DNA from: Betaproteobacteria bacterium | GTDB lineage: Bacteria; Pseudomonadota; Gammaproteobacteria; Burkholderiales; Eutrophovitaceae | Reading direction: 5' to 3' | Length of the DNA stretch: 64,000 nt | NCBI GenBank assembly: GCA_020346185.1 | Contig: CP070775.1 | Coordinates: 844,528-908,527, forward strand | In this document: positions 52,826 to 61,754 of the stretch, piece after piece | Position numbering within the stretch: position 1 is the first letter of the stretch | How the letters are laid out: each line of letters starts with the position of its first letter | Notes under the pieces: model-generated | The model's input: the letters and a program-made list of their open reading frames with translations, nothing else | The model's database searches: none | What the model was told of the DNA's origin: nothing | Position numbers and translations under genes: made by a program

Positions 52826-53896
52826 TCAGGAGAATACATGCGCCATAACACGCTTGCACAGCGACACGCCACGATCAACGACGCTGTCGCGCCACTCCCG
52901 GTTCGCTGGCACAAGCATCTCTTTTAGTTGCCGTCGAGACCGGTGCTGAGGGCTGGTATTGCCGTGGTGGTACCAGTAATTCTCTTCTCGCAGCGCATTC
53001 ACTACTCTTAGTCCCGAATATGTACCAAACTCCTGTAGGAGAAATGACCATTCGGGCTCCGGCGCAAGCATCGTGAACACTTCGCATAGCATGCCGCGAA
53101 TCTCGTAGGCACCGTGCGCCCGGGCATCGGTTATTACCTGCTGGCTCAATACATCACCGAGCTTGGCCGCTTCTTGCGTTTGATCAGCGCCGCTCCGTAA
53201 ATACAGTGTCTCCTGTCCCCAGTTACCCAACCCAGTGTGCACATCGATGGCAAAAACGCTTCGCACTGTCTTGAGGTGATGACTAAGCCAGGCGAGATAC
53301 AGCCGTGCGCCTTTTTCGAACTCCTTGCCGCCGTAAAACAACCCCTCGGGAAACTCATACTGGCCTTCGGCAACCGCCTGTCGCAGCGCCGGCATGCCGT
53401 ATTTCAGGCCAGACCGTAAGGCGCGCGCATAAAACAGGTCGCGACCCGCCGGCAGCCGGTCGGGATTGAGTAAACCGTCGAGTCGACGGTAGGTATCGGC
53501 AGCACCAGTGCGCACGGCAGGATCAACGACGAAGTTCCGGTTCAGGTCGACATTACGTTCATTGACCCGCCGCAACCACGCCATTCCGTATGGATTAAGG
53601 CAGTGGACGAGCACCAGTGCGGCGTCCGATGGAATCTTCAGTTCCGAATCGAGCAACGCGAGCTGGACCGCGGAACCGGCAAAGCCCTCGACGCCGTGAA
53701 TGCCAGACGAATGTATGAGCACGCGTGAAGGGTTATCCAGTCCAAACCAGGCAATCTCGATGGCCAACGGTGAACCCACCGGGCTCATCGCGTCAAGGTA
53801 GATTTCGTCCATTTGCCCGCCGGCAGCACAAGCCGCAGCAATGAAACGCGAGCGCGCTATTTCGTATGTTTTTGAAAAGTAATCCGAGCCGGTCAT
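52826..53896 (-). CDS. DUF2817 domain protein (M14 carboxypeptidase-like fold)
   Basis: ORF 52826-53947 (-). Likely start MTGSDYFSKTYEIARSRF at ATG 53896, with 53947 or 53914 also possible. SGIHGVEGFAGS and IDVHTGLG are typical of the family. Confidence 0.7.
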   Translation of the reverse strand: MTGSDYFSKTYEIARSRFIAAACAAGGQMDEIYLDAMSPVGSPLAIEIAWFGLDNPSRVLIHSSGIHGVEGFAGSAVQLALLDSELKIPSDAALVLVHCLNPYGMAWLRRVNERNVDLNRNFVVDPAVRTGAADTYRRLDGLLNPDRLPAGRDLFYARALRSGLKYGMPALRQAVAEGQYEFPEGLFYGGKEFEKGARLYLAWLSHHLKTVRSVFAIDVHTGLGNWGQETLYLRSGADQTQEAAKLGDVLSQQVITDARAHGAYEIRGMLCEVFTMLAPEPEWSFLLQEFGTYSGLRVVNALREENYWYHHGNTSPQHRSRRQLKEMLVPANREWRDSVVDRGVSLCKRVMAHVFS

Positions 53897-53953
53897 TCTT
53901 TGTTTGGCATGCATGCGGCCACTTCCGGCCTGGTTCGATTTACGCAATATAGC

Positions 53954-54684
53954 CTAAGGTGTGCACCTGATGGCTACATCAATTCGCTCAATAAACGGCA
54001 ACTGGCACGATCTTCTATAGCACGCCTTGTCAAACAGTGCTCCGACCAAAAGACAACTTGCGGCCATACCGAAAGCGTCACGATGACCGATATGAAGCTC
54101 CGATAAAAGGGGAAAACAGCGGATCGCCCTCTCATAGCTCACTCTGACAATCTGTGCCGCCGTCATCAGTGCCATGCCAACGGGCGGCGTGATGCTGGCG
54201 ACGATCAGCGTCTCTGCCATCACCATCGCAAAGTGCAGCGGATCAAGTCCAAACCGAGCCGGCATGAGCACCGGCGCAACGATCACCAGCGCCGGCAGTA
54301 CCTCGACCGCCGTCCCAGGCAATGATACCAGTACGTCAACGAGCAACATCTACAGCAGTGAATCGCTGCTGGTACCGGCGAAGCACGCTACAGCATCACG
54401 GGTAATGCCGCGACGCGTGACCAACCAACCCAGCAACGTTAATGCACGCAGCAAACAAAACCAATCCTGACAATCGCACCGTCGTGCGCAGCGCCGCCCC
54501 GATCAGGATCGAGTACCTAGTTGGCAACCGCAGACACTTCAGTCCCCGTACTCGGGCCAACGAGGCTGCCACCGAGCATAGTGGCCGGGACCAGTAACGC
54601 CGGCAATCTCGGCAGTTTGAACGCGAGACTGACGCTCGGCCCATCAAATCTTGCGTCGGCGAGCCCGGCGCGTGAGGCAGTCAT
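53954..54684 (-). pseudogene. Decayed TRAP transporter large-permease (DctM-like) gene
   Basis: ORF 53954-54349 carries a DctM-like C-terminal block (GLDPLHFAMVMAETLIVASITPPVGMALMTAAQI). Upstream pieces sit in other frames (GLVLFAACINVAGLVGH; RDAVACFAGTSSDSLL then TAG). The whole span is about 240 codons, against an expected ~430. Confidence 0.5.
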
Positions 54685-54693
54685 GACCTCATC

Positions 54694-55227
54694 CTACGGT
54701 AACGGTGACGCCGATTGACCGAGCGCTTTGATGGGTGCCATATGGGAAGGGTTTTCCTGGTCACGGACGACCAGACTCCGTATGTCGGCGACCGTCCAGA
54801 TCAGTACTTGTTGTTGGTGAATGGGACAAAACCGCTGCCGTTGTCCAAGGTGCAAGGCAGAATAATGCCGCCTTAGGGGTACCTCGCATGAAATCGGCAC
54901 GCCATTCACCGCCAAAGAATGCGCACGCAAAAAGATAGTCTAAAACAGAAACGCTTGGTCACAATCCGACAATGAGGAAAGATAAGGTGACATTGCACCT
55001 GCCGATATGAGAGCTGCCCAAACCAGACGACCAGCCCGCGCTTGCCTGGCCGTTTCCAGAATCGACCCGCCATGCTTCTTCGCCGGATGCAGTTCGTTGC
55101 AAGCAAGGTCTTCCAATCAGAGATGGCTGATCACGATGGGATACTTGGTCGCGTGTGCCGAGGAAAGACCAACACAACCGATGTGCGCCAGACATGCGGT
55201 CGAAATGACGGCTTTGAGCAGCGTCAT
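54694..55227 (-). pseudogene. Possible remnant of the TRAP substrate-binding (DctP-like) gene
   Basis: ATG 55227 opens an intact-looking signal peptide, MTLLKAVISTACLAHIGCVGLSSAHATKYPIVISHL, then reaches TGA. Another frame (ORF 54694-54930) contains VVRDQENP, resembling the DctP VDGQENP block. The span is about half the expected length. Confidence 0.3.
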
Positions 55228-55366
55228 AGACCCGGCCCGTTGTGGTCGACGGTCTCTGTTTGAACGCCTTTGTCAGGTATGATGATGGGAAGTCAGCACC
55301 ACCAGCGCAATGCGTTTCCGTCAAACCGCTTCCGCGGTCGGGGCCAATACAGTAGAACCGATGTGG

Positions 55367-56098
55367 CTACTCGCGCCCGAAGTGTGCCGATAGATAGTCG
55401 AGTATGCGGTTGCGCGTCACCGCTTCTTCAATTGGCGTCATGCCCTGTTCCTCGACCATCCATTCCAGAGACTCGTCCCATGCGGCGCGGCTGAGCCCCT
55501 GCTGCTTGACAATCATGAGCGAGTGACAGGCCTTGCAGCGGTAAAAGACATCTTCGCGGCCAAGCCCTGGTGGTAGCCCTTGCCATTTTTCCGGATCATC
55601 TTCGGCACCCGCGAGACCGCCGTCAGCCAAGCCTGATGCGGCAGCGGGCAATGTGACCGGATTATTGCTAAGGCTCCGCAAGTAAGCGATGAGTTGCGCC
55701 CGCTCATCGGCAGACTTGATACCGGGAAACGGCATGCGCCCTTCAGGTGCGAGAAGTTTCGGGTCGAACAGGTAAACATTGAGCCGCTCAAAGTCCCAAT
55801 TGCCTCCTGCCTGCTGGAGCGATTTGGAATACTCGTAGCCCGATTCGGATGCAATTGCCCGACCGAGCACACTCCACAGATTAGGCCCGATCGTGGCCGC
55901 GGCACCGGGGCTCGCGACATGACACGCCGCGCACTGCAGAAAAACGTTCTTTCCCGCAGCAACGTCTGCAGAAGCGAGCCGTCCCTCGATCGGCTCGACC
56001 GTAGCCTGTGCCCGCGCCACGGAAAACAGCCCGGCCAATTCGATGAGCAACACGGCCAACATCGCCAGCCCATGACAATCAACTAACCTGCGTTTCAT
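55367..56098 (-). CDS. Diheme c-type cytochrome (probable electron acceptor of the adjacent sulfite dehydrogenase)
   Basis: ORF 55367-56140 (-). Likely start MKRRLVDCHGLAMLAVLLIEL at ATG 56098 (signal peptide). There are two heme motifs, CAACH and CKACH. It begins 79 nt after the upstream sorA-like gene ends. Confidence 0.75.
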   Translation of the reverse strand: MKRRLVDCHGLAMLAVLLIELAGLFSVARAQATVEPIEGRLASADVAAGKNVFLQCAACHVASPGAAATIGPNLWSVLGRAIASESGYEYSKSLQQAGGNWDFERLNVYLFDPKLLAPEGRMPFPGIKSADERAQLIAYLRSLSNNPVTLPAAASGLADGGLAGAEDDPEKWQGLPPGLGREDVFYRCKACHSLMIVKQQGLSRAAWDESLEWMVEEQGMTPIEEAVTRNRILDYLSAHFGRE

Positions 56099-56177
56099 AG
56101 TCCGTTCCAAACACAGTGAAGCGGCATATCGCCGCTTCACGATCTCCGCTGCTCAATAATTCGGGGACGACCGTTCA

Positions 56178-57473
56178 TTACGCAACGTTGACAGCGATTC
56201 GGTGCATCGAATTGTTCAAATAGCCTTTCGGATTCCAGGCAATGCTGAACGGCTGCTGTTTGCCGGTGTCATCCGTGGCGCGCGCCCAGATCTCATAATA
56301 ACCCTTGGTCGGGAACCGTAGCCGGGCGGAGAAATGCTGCCACGCGTACGGGTTGGCCGGTTTGCGCAGATTCGCCTTTGTCCACGTCGCCCCGAAATCA
56401 ATAGACAGATCGACCGCCTTCACCGAGTGGTCCCCGGCCCACGCGTGACCGCGGACATCCAGCATTAGGGAACCGGGCAACGTTACACCACTCTCGGGAT
56501 AGGTGATCAGCGATTTCACCGGCATTGCCTCGATAATCTGAAAATCTTCTTTGGGAACTTTCGCGCCAGGCGCTACCGGGTAGCCGGGCACGCGATAGGA
56601 CGTGCCGGTCATCTTGGCGCCATCATGAACCTGATCGCGAACACGTATGCGCGTGAGCCACTTCTGCGAACATGAACCCGGCCAGCCAGGCACGACCAAC
56701 CGCAACGGTGCGCCGTTCATCGAATGCATTGGTGCGCCGTTCTGCTCAAAAGCAATGAGGTTGTAGGCATTCATTGCCTTGGCAATCGGAACGCCGCGCG
56801 AAATTGGGTTCTTGTCAGGATTGCCCGAAAGGTGCGCGTCTGCGCCATAATGCGCCGTATATATGGCGCTGCTCTTGACATCGGCTGCTTTCAGTACGTC
56901 CGACAGGCGCACACCAGTCCATTGCGAGGACGCCACCGCGCCGAGCGTCCACTGATTGCCTTTGGCCTTCGGATCGAAGAACGCGCGACCATTACCACCA
57001 CATTCAATTGTCAGTTGTAGCTTCACGACCTCAAAGCGGCGCTTGAGTTCGTCAATGCGGAGCGTCATCGGCGAGTTCACCTCTCCGTCGACCTGCAGGT
57101 TCCAGCTCGAGGGATCCATATTGGCAGGAGGAATGCCGTTGTTGCGAACAAAGTGGCGCGCTGTAGGCGTGACTGCGTCATCGAGCAAATGCGGTGGACA
57201 TTCGGCGTTGACTGGCCGGTCGTTGAGCACCACCAGACCATCCTTGTTTTCGATGCGCAAGCCTTCTTCGGCCAGCGCTACAGGAATCAGGCCACCTGGC
57301 ATGTTGCGATGAAACGGTATCGCACCACCCAGCAGTGCTGCCATCGTCGCCAGCCCGGCGCCCTTCAGAAATCCGCGCCGGTCCGGGTAGGTTTCGCGCC
57401 CGAACACAACGCGGTCCGCACGATCCGGATTCTCCGCGTAAAGTTCAAAGATGTCTTTACCAGTTCTTTTCAC
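56178..57473 (-). CDS. sorA: Molybdopterin-dependent sulfite dehydrogenase, SorA-like (sulfite oxidase family), Tat-exported
   Basis: ORF 56178-57488 (-). GTG 57473 is preferred because GAGGAG lies 7 nt upstream. The Tat motif is DRRGFLKGAGLATMAALLGG. The Mo-ligand Cys context is TIECGGNGR. A C-terminal dimerisation-like domain is present. Confidence 0.8.
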   Translation of the reverse strand: MKRTGKDIFELYAENPDRADRVVFGRETYPDRRGFLKGAGLATMAALLGGAIPFHRNMPGGLIPVALAEEGLRIENKDGLVVLNDRPVNAECPPHLLDDAVTPTARHFVRNNGIPPANMDPSSWNLQVDGEVNSPMTLRIDELKRRFEVVKLQLTIECGGNGRAFFDPKAKGNQWTLGAVASSQWTGVRLSDVLKAADVKSSAIYTAHYGADAHLSGNPDKNPISRGVPIAKAMNAYNLIAFEQNGAPMHSMNGAPLRLVVPGWPGSCSQKWLTRIRVRDQVHDGAKMTGTSYRVPGYPVAPGAKVPKEDFQIIEAMPVKSLITYPESGVTLPGSLMLDVRGHAWAGDHSVKAVDLSIDFGATWTKANLRKPANPYAWQHFSARLRFPTKGYYEIWARATDDTGKQQPFSIAWNPKGYLNNSMHRIAVNVA

Positions 57474-57651
57474 AATCCAACTCCTCAAATTTCAGATCGA
57501 GCTGTCGATCCAATCATTACGTAACAAATCTGTCACAAAACAACCATCGCTAAAAAGTCTAACAATACAGATGCTGACAGGTCTCTGTCCTTGATCAAGA
57601 AACGAAGAAAGAACTATAGCTAGTCGCGGCCGGTGTGCCTGAAGCGGGAGT

Positions 57652-59418
57652 TCAGTCGACTTGCGCAGTTTCCGTGCCCAGCGCGAATTGAAGCTGGTGC
57701 AAGCGGGCATAGATGCCGCCGAGTGCCAGTAACTCGGCATGGCTACCGCTCTCGGCAATTCGCCCTGCATCGAGGACGACAATCCGATCGGCATTCTCAA
57801 TAGTCGACAATCGGTGCGCAATGACGATTGTCGTCCTGCCCTTCATCAGTGAGTCAAGAGCGGCCTGAACATGTTTTTCCGATTCCGAATCGAGCGCCGA
57901 GGTTGCCTCATCGAGAATGACAACCGGCGTATTCTTCAAAATGGCCCGTGCGATCGCCAGGCGCTGACGCTGTCCACCAGAAAGCCGCACGCCCTTCTCT
58001 CCGATGAGCGTATCCAGTCCCTGTCGCATGGCACAAATGAAGTCCATCGCATACGCCGCCTTGGCCGCCGCTATTATTTGCTCTCTGCTTGCACCGGCAT
58101 TCACACCGTAAGCGATGTTTGCCGCGACGGTGTCATTGAACAAAGCGACTTCCTGGCTGACCAACGCGATGTTGGCGCGCAAGCTCGCCAGTGTTAGTGT
58201 GCTGATATCGTGACCATCGAGTAGTATGCGTCCCGAATAAGGATGGAAGAACCGCGGCACCATGTTGGCGAACGTCGTCTTGCCACCACCGGAGGAGCCC
58301 ACCAGTGCCACCGTCTCGCCGGGAGTGATGCGCAAGTTGATATCCGACAGTGCCGGACGACTGCCACCAGGGTACCGGAAGCTGACATGCTCAAAACGCA
58401 GCTCGCCTTTCGCGCACGGCAGTTCGACGGAGCCGCTATCGGTTTCAGGTTTCTCATCAATCAGCGCGAAAACCGATTCGGCTGCGGCGAGGCCACGCTG
58501 CAGATGCTCCGCGACACCGGTCAGCCGCTTCAGAGGCGCGGTCAACATCAGCATGGCGGCAAGAAACGACACGAATCCGCCGACGGTTGTCGTGTTGGCT
58601 TGCGCCTGGACCGTAACGTAATAAACGACGACCGCGGTCGCCAGCGCCGCGAGCAATTGCACGATAGGCACGTTCGCCGCAGCCGCTGTGGTCTGTTTCA
58701 TCATGTACCCGCGCAAGGCGTTGCTCGTGTCATTGAAACGCGCCGTCTCGTAGGTCTGCCCACCGAATGTCTTCACAACTTTGTTGCAATCAATTGTTTC
58801 CTGGACAACGTGGGTAAGATCACCCATCGCCGCCTGGGTCAAGCGGCTTGCCTTGCGCAAGCGGATATTGAAGTAACGCACCACCAATGCAATGGGCGGG
58901 ATCATGCATAAGGAGATCAGCGTCAGCTTCCAGTCCACGTAGAGCAAGTACGCGAACAAGCCGATTATGGTCAGAGTATCTTTCACCAGTACCGTAATCA
59001 CCTGCGTAGCGGCCGCCGTCACCTGGGCAACGTCAAAGGTGAAGCGCGAGATCAGATTGCCGGTCGTCTGGTCGTAGAAGTATCCGAGTGGGAGAGCCAG
59101 CATGCGACGGAACATCTGATCGCGCAAATCCATAACCACCTTGTTGCCGACCCAGGCGCTGGCATATTGCCCAATAAAGCTGCCAACTCCGCGGAAGACG
59201 AACAAGAAGACCAGGGCAATCGGTGTCCATTTAATCAGCAGCGGGTCCTTGTCGACAAACGTGCCGTCAAGAAACGGCTTCACCGCGGCAGGCAATGCCA
59301 CTTCGGTCGCCGCACTGATCAGCATGCCGAATATCGATAAACCGAACACGACGGCATAAGGGCGCACATAGCGCAAGAGCCGTAAATACAGCTGGGTGCT
59401 GGTCATCGTCTGCTGCAT
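57652..59418 (-). CDS. msbA: Lipid A export ABC transporter MsbA
   Basis: ORF 57652-59469 (-). The start is ATG 59418 or 59430. It is collinear with MsbA landmarks (VKPFLDGTF, NKVVMDLRDQMF, TTGNLISRFTFDVAQV). Walker A is GSSGGGKTT, the signature is LSGGQRQR and Walker B is VVILDEATS. Confidence 0.85.
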   Translation of the reverse strand: MQQTMTSTQLYLRLLRYVRPYAVVFGLSIFGMLISAATEVALPAAVKPFLDGTFVDKDPLLIKWTPIALVFLFVFRGVGSFIGQYASAWVGNKVVMDLRDQMFRRMLALPLGYFYDQTTGNLISRFTFDVAQVTAAATQVITVLVKDTLTIIGLFAYLLYVDWKLTLISLCMIPPIALVVRYFNIRLRKASRLTQAAMGDLTHVVQETIDCNKVVKTFGGQTYETARFNDTSNALRGYMMKQTTAAAANVPIVQLLAALATAVVVYYVTVQAQANTTTVGGFVSFLAAMLMLTAPLKRLTGVAEHLQRGLAAAESVFALIDEKPETDSGSVELPCAKGELRFEHVSFRYPGGSRPALSDINLRITPGETVALVGSSGGGKTTFANMVPRFFHPYSGRILLDGHDISTLTLASLRANIALVSQEVALFNDTVAANIAYGVNAGASREQIIAAAKAAYAMDFICAMRQGLDTLIGEKGVRLSGGQRQRLAIARAILKNTPVVILDEATSALDSESEKHVQAALDSLMKGRTTIVIAHRLSTIENADRIVVLDAGRIAESGSHAELLALGGIYARLHQLQFALGTETAQVD

Positions 59419-59442
59419 GGCGCGCACCATAGCAGAGCATGG

Positions 59443-59478
59443 TAAAAAACAAAACGACCCGGCTGCCAACGGGCGCCT
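59443..59478 (-). terminator. Weak candidate terminator between the TonB-dependent receptor and msbA
   Basis: The minus strand reads GCGCCCGttggcagcCGGGTCG followed by TTTTGTTTTTTA. That is a 5-6 bp stem including a G-U pair, plus a strong U tract. Confidence 0.35.
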
Positions 59479-59531
59479 GGCTGGTGGCTTCTTGCGTCCG
59501 CTGAATTGAACTGCGATGCTGGGTGGATGCC

Positions 59532-61637
59532 CTACTGCCCGAAACGATACTCCGCGAATGCGGTCACCGCTCGCTCGGGGAGTGGATACGCGTTATAGCG
59601 GTCCGGAACAAAGACGCTGCGCGCCGAATAGGCGAAGAACTTCTCGTCAAAGGCGTTGTTCACGATCACACCCAACCGCCAGTTTGCGATCTCGTGCGAG
59701 TATTTCAGATCCACCACCGCATATGGCGGGATCTTGGTCCCGAAGTCGTTTGCCTCGTCGTTATCCATGAACTGCTCGCTCACATAACGGAAGGTTACGG
59801 TGAAAGACGAGTTTGGCGTTGTCATCCAGTTCGCATAGGCGGTCGCCTTGTGCCTTGGTACCAGTGGCACCGTGTTTCCGGAGATGTCGACCGTCCCGCC
59901 GAAACTGTCGAACGTTCCTTCGATAAACTTGGCCTCGGTGTAGGCATATGTTGCGCCGAGATTGACACCCGGGAAGGACAGTGCCGACTCGAGTTCGAGA
60001 CCGCGCCGGCGCGACGGGGGCAAATTGGTATTGTCGAACTTGTACGGATTTAGGCGAATCTCGTCTTCAAGATCGATCTGGAACACGGTCGCTCGAAACA
60101 ACTGCGCACGCCACCGACGCTCAAGACTGAAGTCCAGGTTTTGCGATGTTTGCGGCCGCAGAAACTGGAACTCGCGTGTACCCAACGGGGAGAAATTATA
60201 GATCTCATCAATGGTCGCAAATCGAAAACTGCGGCCGGTGCTTGCCAGTAGCGACCACTCCGGTGCCAGCTCGTATCGCGCGCCGAGCTCGTAGGCATCT
60301 TCGCGCAAGTCCTGCTCGCCATCGGGCGCCCCCGAATCAAAAATGCCGCTTCCAGGTGCAGTCGGGTCGAAATCGTCGGTCGCCTCGATTCGCTGCCACT
60401 GTTCGCGCCAGCCCAGTGACAGTTGCAAGGTGTCAGTCAGCGTCAGGATATCGTGCAGGTAATAGGCAAAATCGCGCTGCTTTGCACGAATCTTGTTAAT
60501 CGGCGTGCCGATATTGGCAGGATCATTCGACCGGTCCAGTTGATAGTCCCAGCTGTAGAAATCGAGACCCACCACGAGCTGGTTCTTGCGGCCGAAAGCA
60601 TCGGCAGGAATTTTCATCCTGGGCGTCAGACTCCAGACACCAAGATCAACCTCCCGGTAATCGTCGGGAAATATACCGCCATCGAAAAACGACGTCTGTT
60701 CCTTCTGTCGATAGCTCAGCTCCGCATCGATCAGACCAAAACCCTGGCGGCTGGCCAGCGCAAGCGTCGCGTAGTCTTCGTCGCGCGTGGCATAGTCCAG
60801 CGGCGTCGACGTGCCGCGACGATCATCTTCCAATTCGTTAATGCCGGCACTGGGTTGCACAGTCCGGGGGCCAGGCAAGCGGACGTCCTGGCGGTCGGCG
60901 CCGACGCGAAGCGACACATCGTTAGAGACACCCGCTCGCTGAAGATCGAGCTTCAGGACCAAATCGTCCGTTTCGTTGTTGTCGCGGTAGCCATCGGATG
61001 AATAGGTGTAGGCATTGATGTTCAGCCCGTATTCGTCCTTGAGCAAGGTCGCATCGACCCTCGCCTCCCGTGTATCGAACGATCCGTAGCGCACACCGGC
61101 ATCGCCTCGGCTATTCTCGCCCGATGGCGAACGTGTGATGATGTTCACCACACCCGCGACGGCACCGTCTCCGTAGAGCACTGAGCCCGTGCCGCGAACC
61201 ACCTCGATGCGCTCGACAGTAGACAGCGGAATGGCCGACCACTTGACCCCGGAAAGATCGGGATCGCTGACGCGGCGGCCATTGACGAGGATGAGCGTGT
61301 TCTGACCGCCGGTGGCACCAAAGCCGCGCAGGTCGATCTTGGTGTTGGTTCCGTTGTTACCAAACAAGTCACTGGGGGCGACGCCTACCTGACCGGCGAG
61401 GATCTCCGGCACCGTCCTTGCCGGACTGGCTTCAATATCCTCTCTCGATATGACAGTGATATTGGCGGGTCGCTTGATATCCTGCTCTTCAGGAAAGCGC
61501 GTCGCCGTAACGACCACGTCGTCGGTGCGTAAATCGATTTCGCCAGGCCCGTCCTCGCTGCCCTGGGCAAATGTGAGCGCTTGTGCAACAAGAAATGCGG
61601 TCCCAATAAGTACTGCCTGCCTGCAAATGCTGGCCAT
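59532..61637 (-). CDS. btuB: TonB-dependent outer-membrane receptor, probably for cobalamin/corrinoids
   Basis: 701-aa ORF with signal peptide MASICRQAVLIGTAFLVAQALTFAQG, TonB box DDVVVTATR, a plug domain (VEVVRGTGSVLYG) and a beta-barrel. Substrate is inferred from the cobalamin riboswitch in its leader. Confidence 0.8.
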   Translation of the reverse strand: MASICRQAVLIGTAFLVAQALTFAQGSEDGPGEIDLRTDDVVVTATRFPEEQDIKRPANITVISREDIEASPARTVPEILAGQVGVAPSDLFGNNGTNTKIDLRGFGATGGQNTLILVNGRRVSDPDLSGVKWSAIPLSTVERIEVVRGTGSVLYGDGAVAGVVNIITRSPSGENSRGDAGVRYGSFDTREARVDATLLKDEYGLNINAYTYSSDGYRDNNETDDLVLKLDLQRAGVSNDVSLRVGADRQDVRLPGPRTVQPSAGINELEDDRRGTSTPLDYATRDEDYATLALASRQGFGLIDAELSYRQKEQTSFFDGGIFPDDYREVDLGVWSLTPRMKIPADAFGRKNQLVVGLDFYSWDYQLDRSNDPANIGTPINKIRAKQRDFAYYLHDILTLTDTLQLSLGWREQWQRIEATDDFDPTAPGSGIFDSGAPDGEQDLREDAYELGARYELAPEWSLLASTGRSFRFATIDEIYNFSPLGTREFQFLRPQTSQNLDFSLERRWRAQLFRATVFQIDLEDEIRLNPYKFDNTNLPPSRRRGLELESALSFPGVNLGATYAYTEAKFIEGTFDSFGGTVDISGNTVPLVPRHKATAYANWMTTPNSSFTVTFRYVSEQFMDNDEANDFGTKIPPYAVVDLKYSHEIANWRLGVIVNNAFDEKFFAYSARSVFVPDRYNAYPLPERAVTAFAEYRFGQ

Positions 61638-61754
61638 CGCCTACTCCTGTAATGCGCACACCCGCCGTGCACGTCCGGTTAACAGGGGAGGTCCAGTCGA
61701 GGAACAACCGTGGCTTCCAGACCAATCGTCCGCCCCTCGCGAAAACTCCGTCGC

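Noticed and set aside
57652-59418. The ABC transporter downstream of the B12 riboswitch and receptor as a novel exporter-fold cobalamin importer
   Set aside because: The protein is collinear with E. coli MsbA through both the TM and NBD regions, with many shared landmark blocks. It is most simply the housekeeping lipid A flippase, so the adjacency is probably coincidental.
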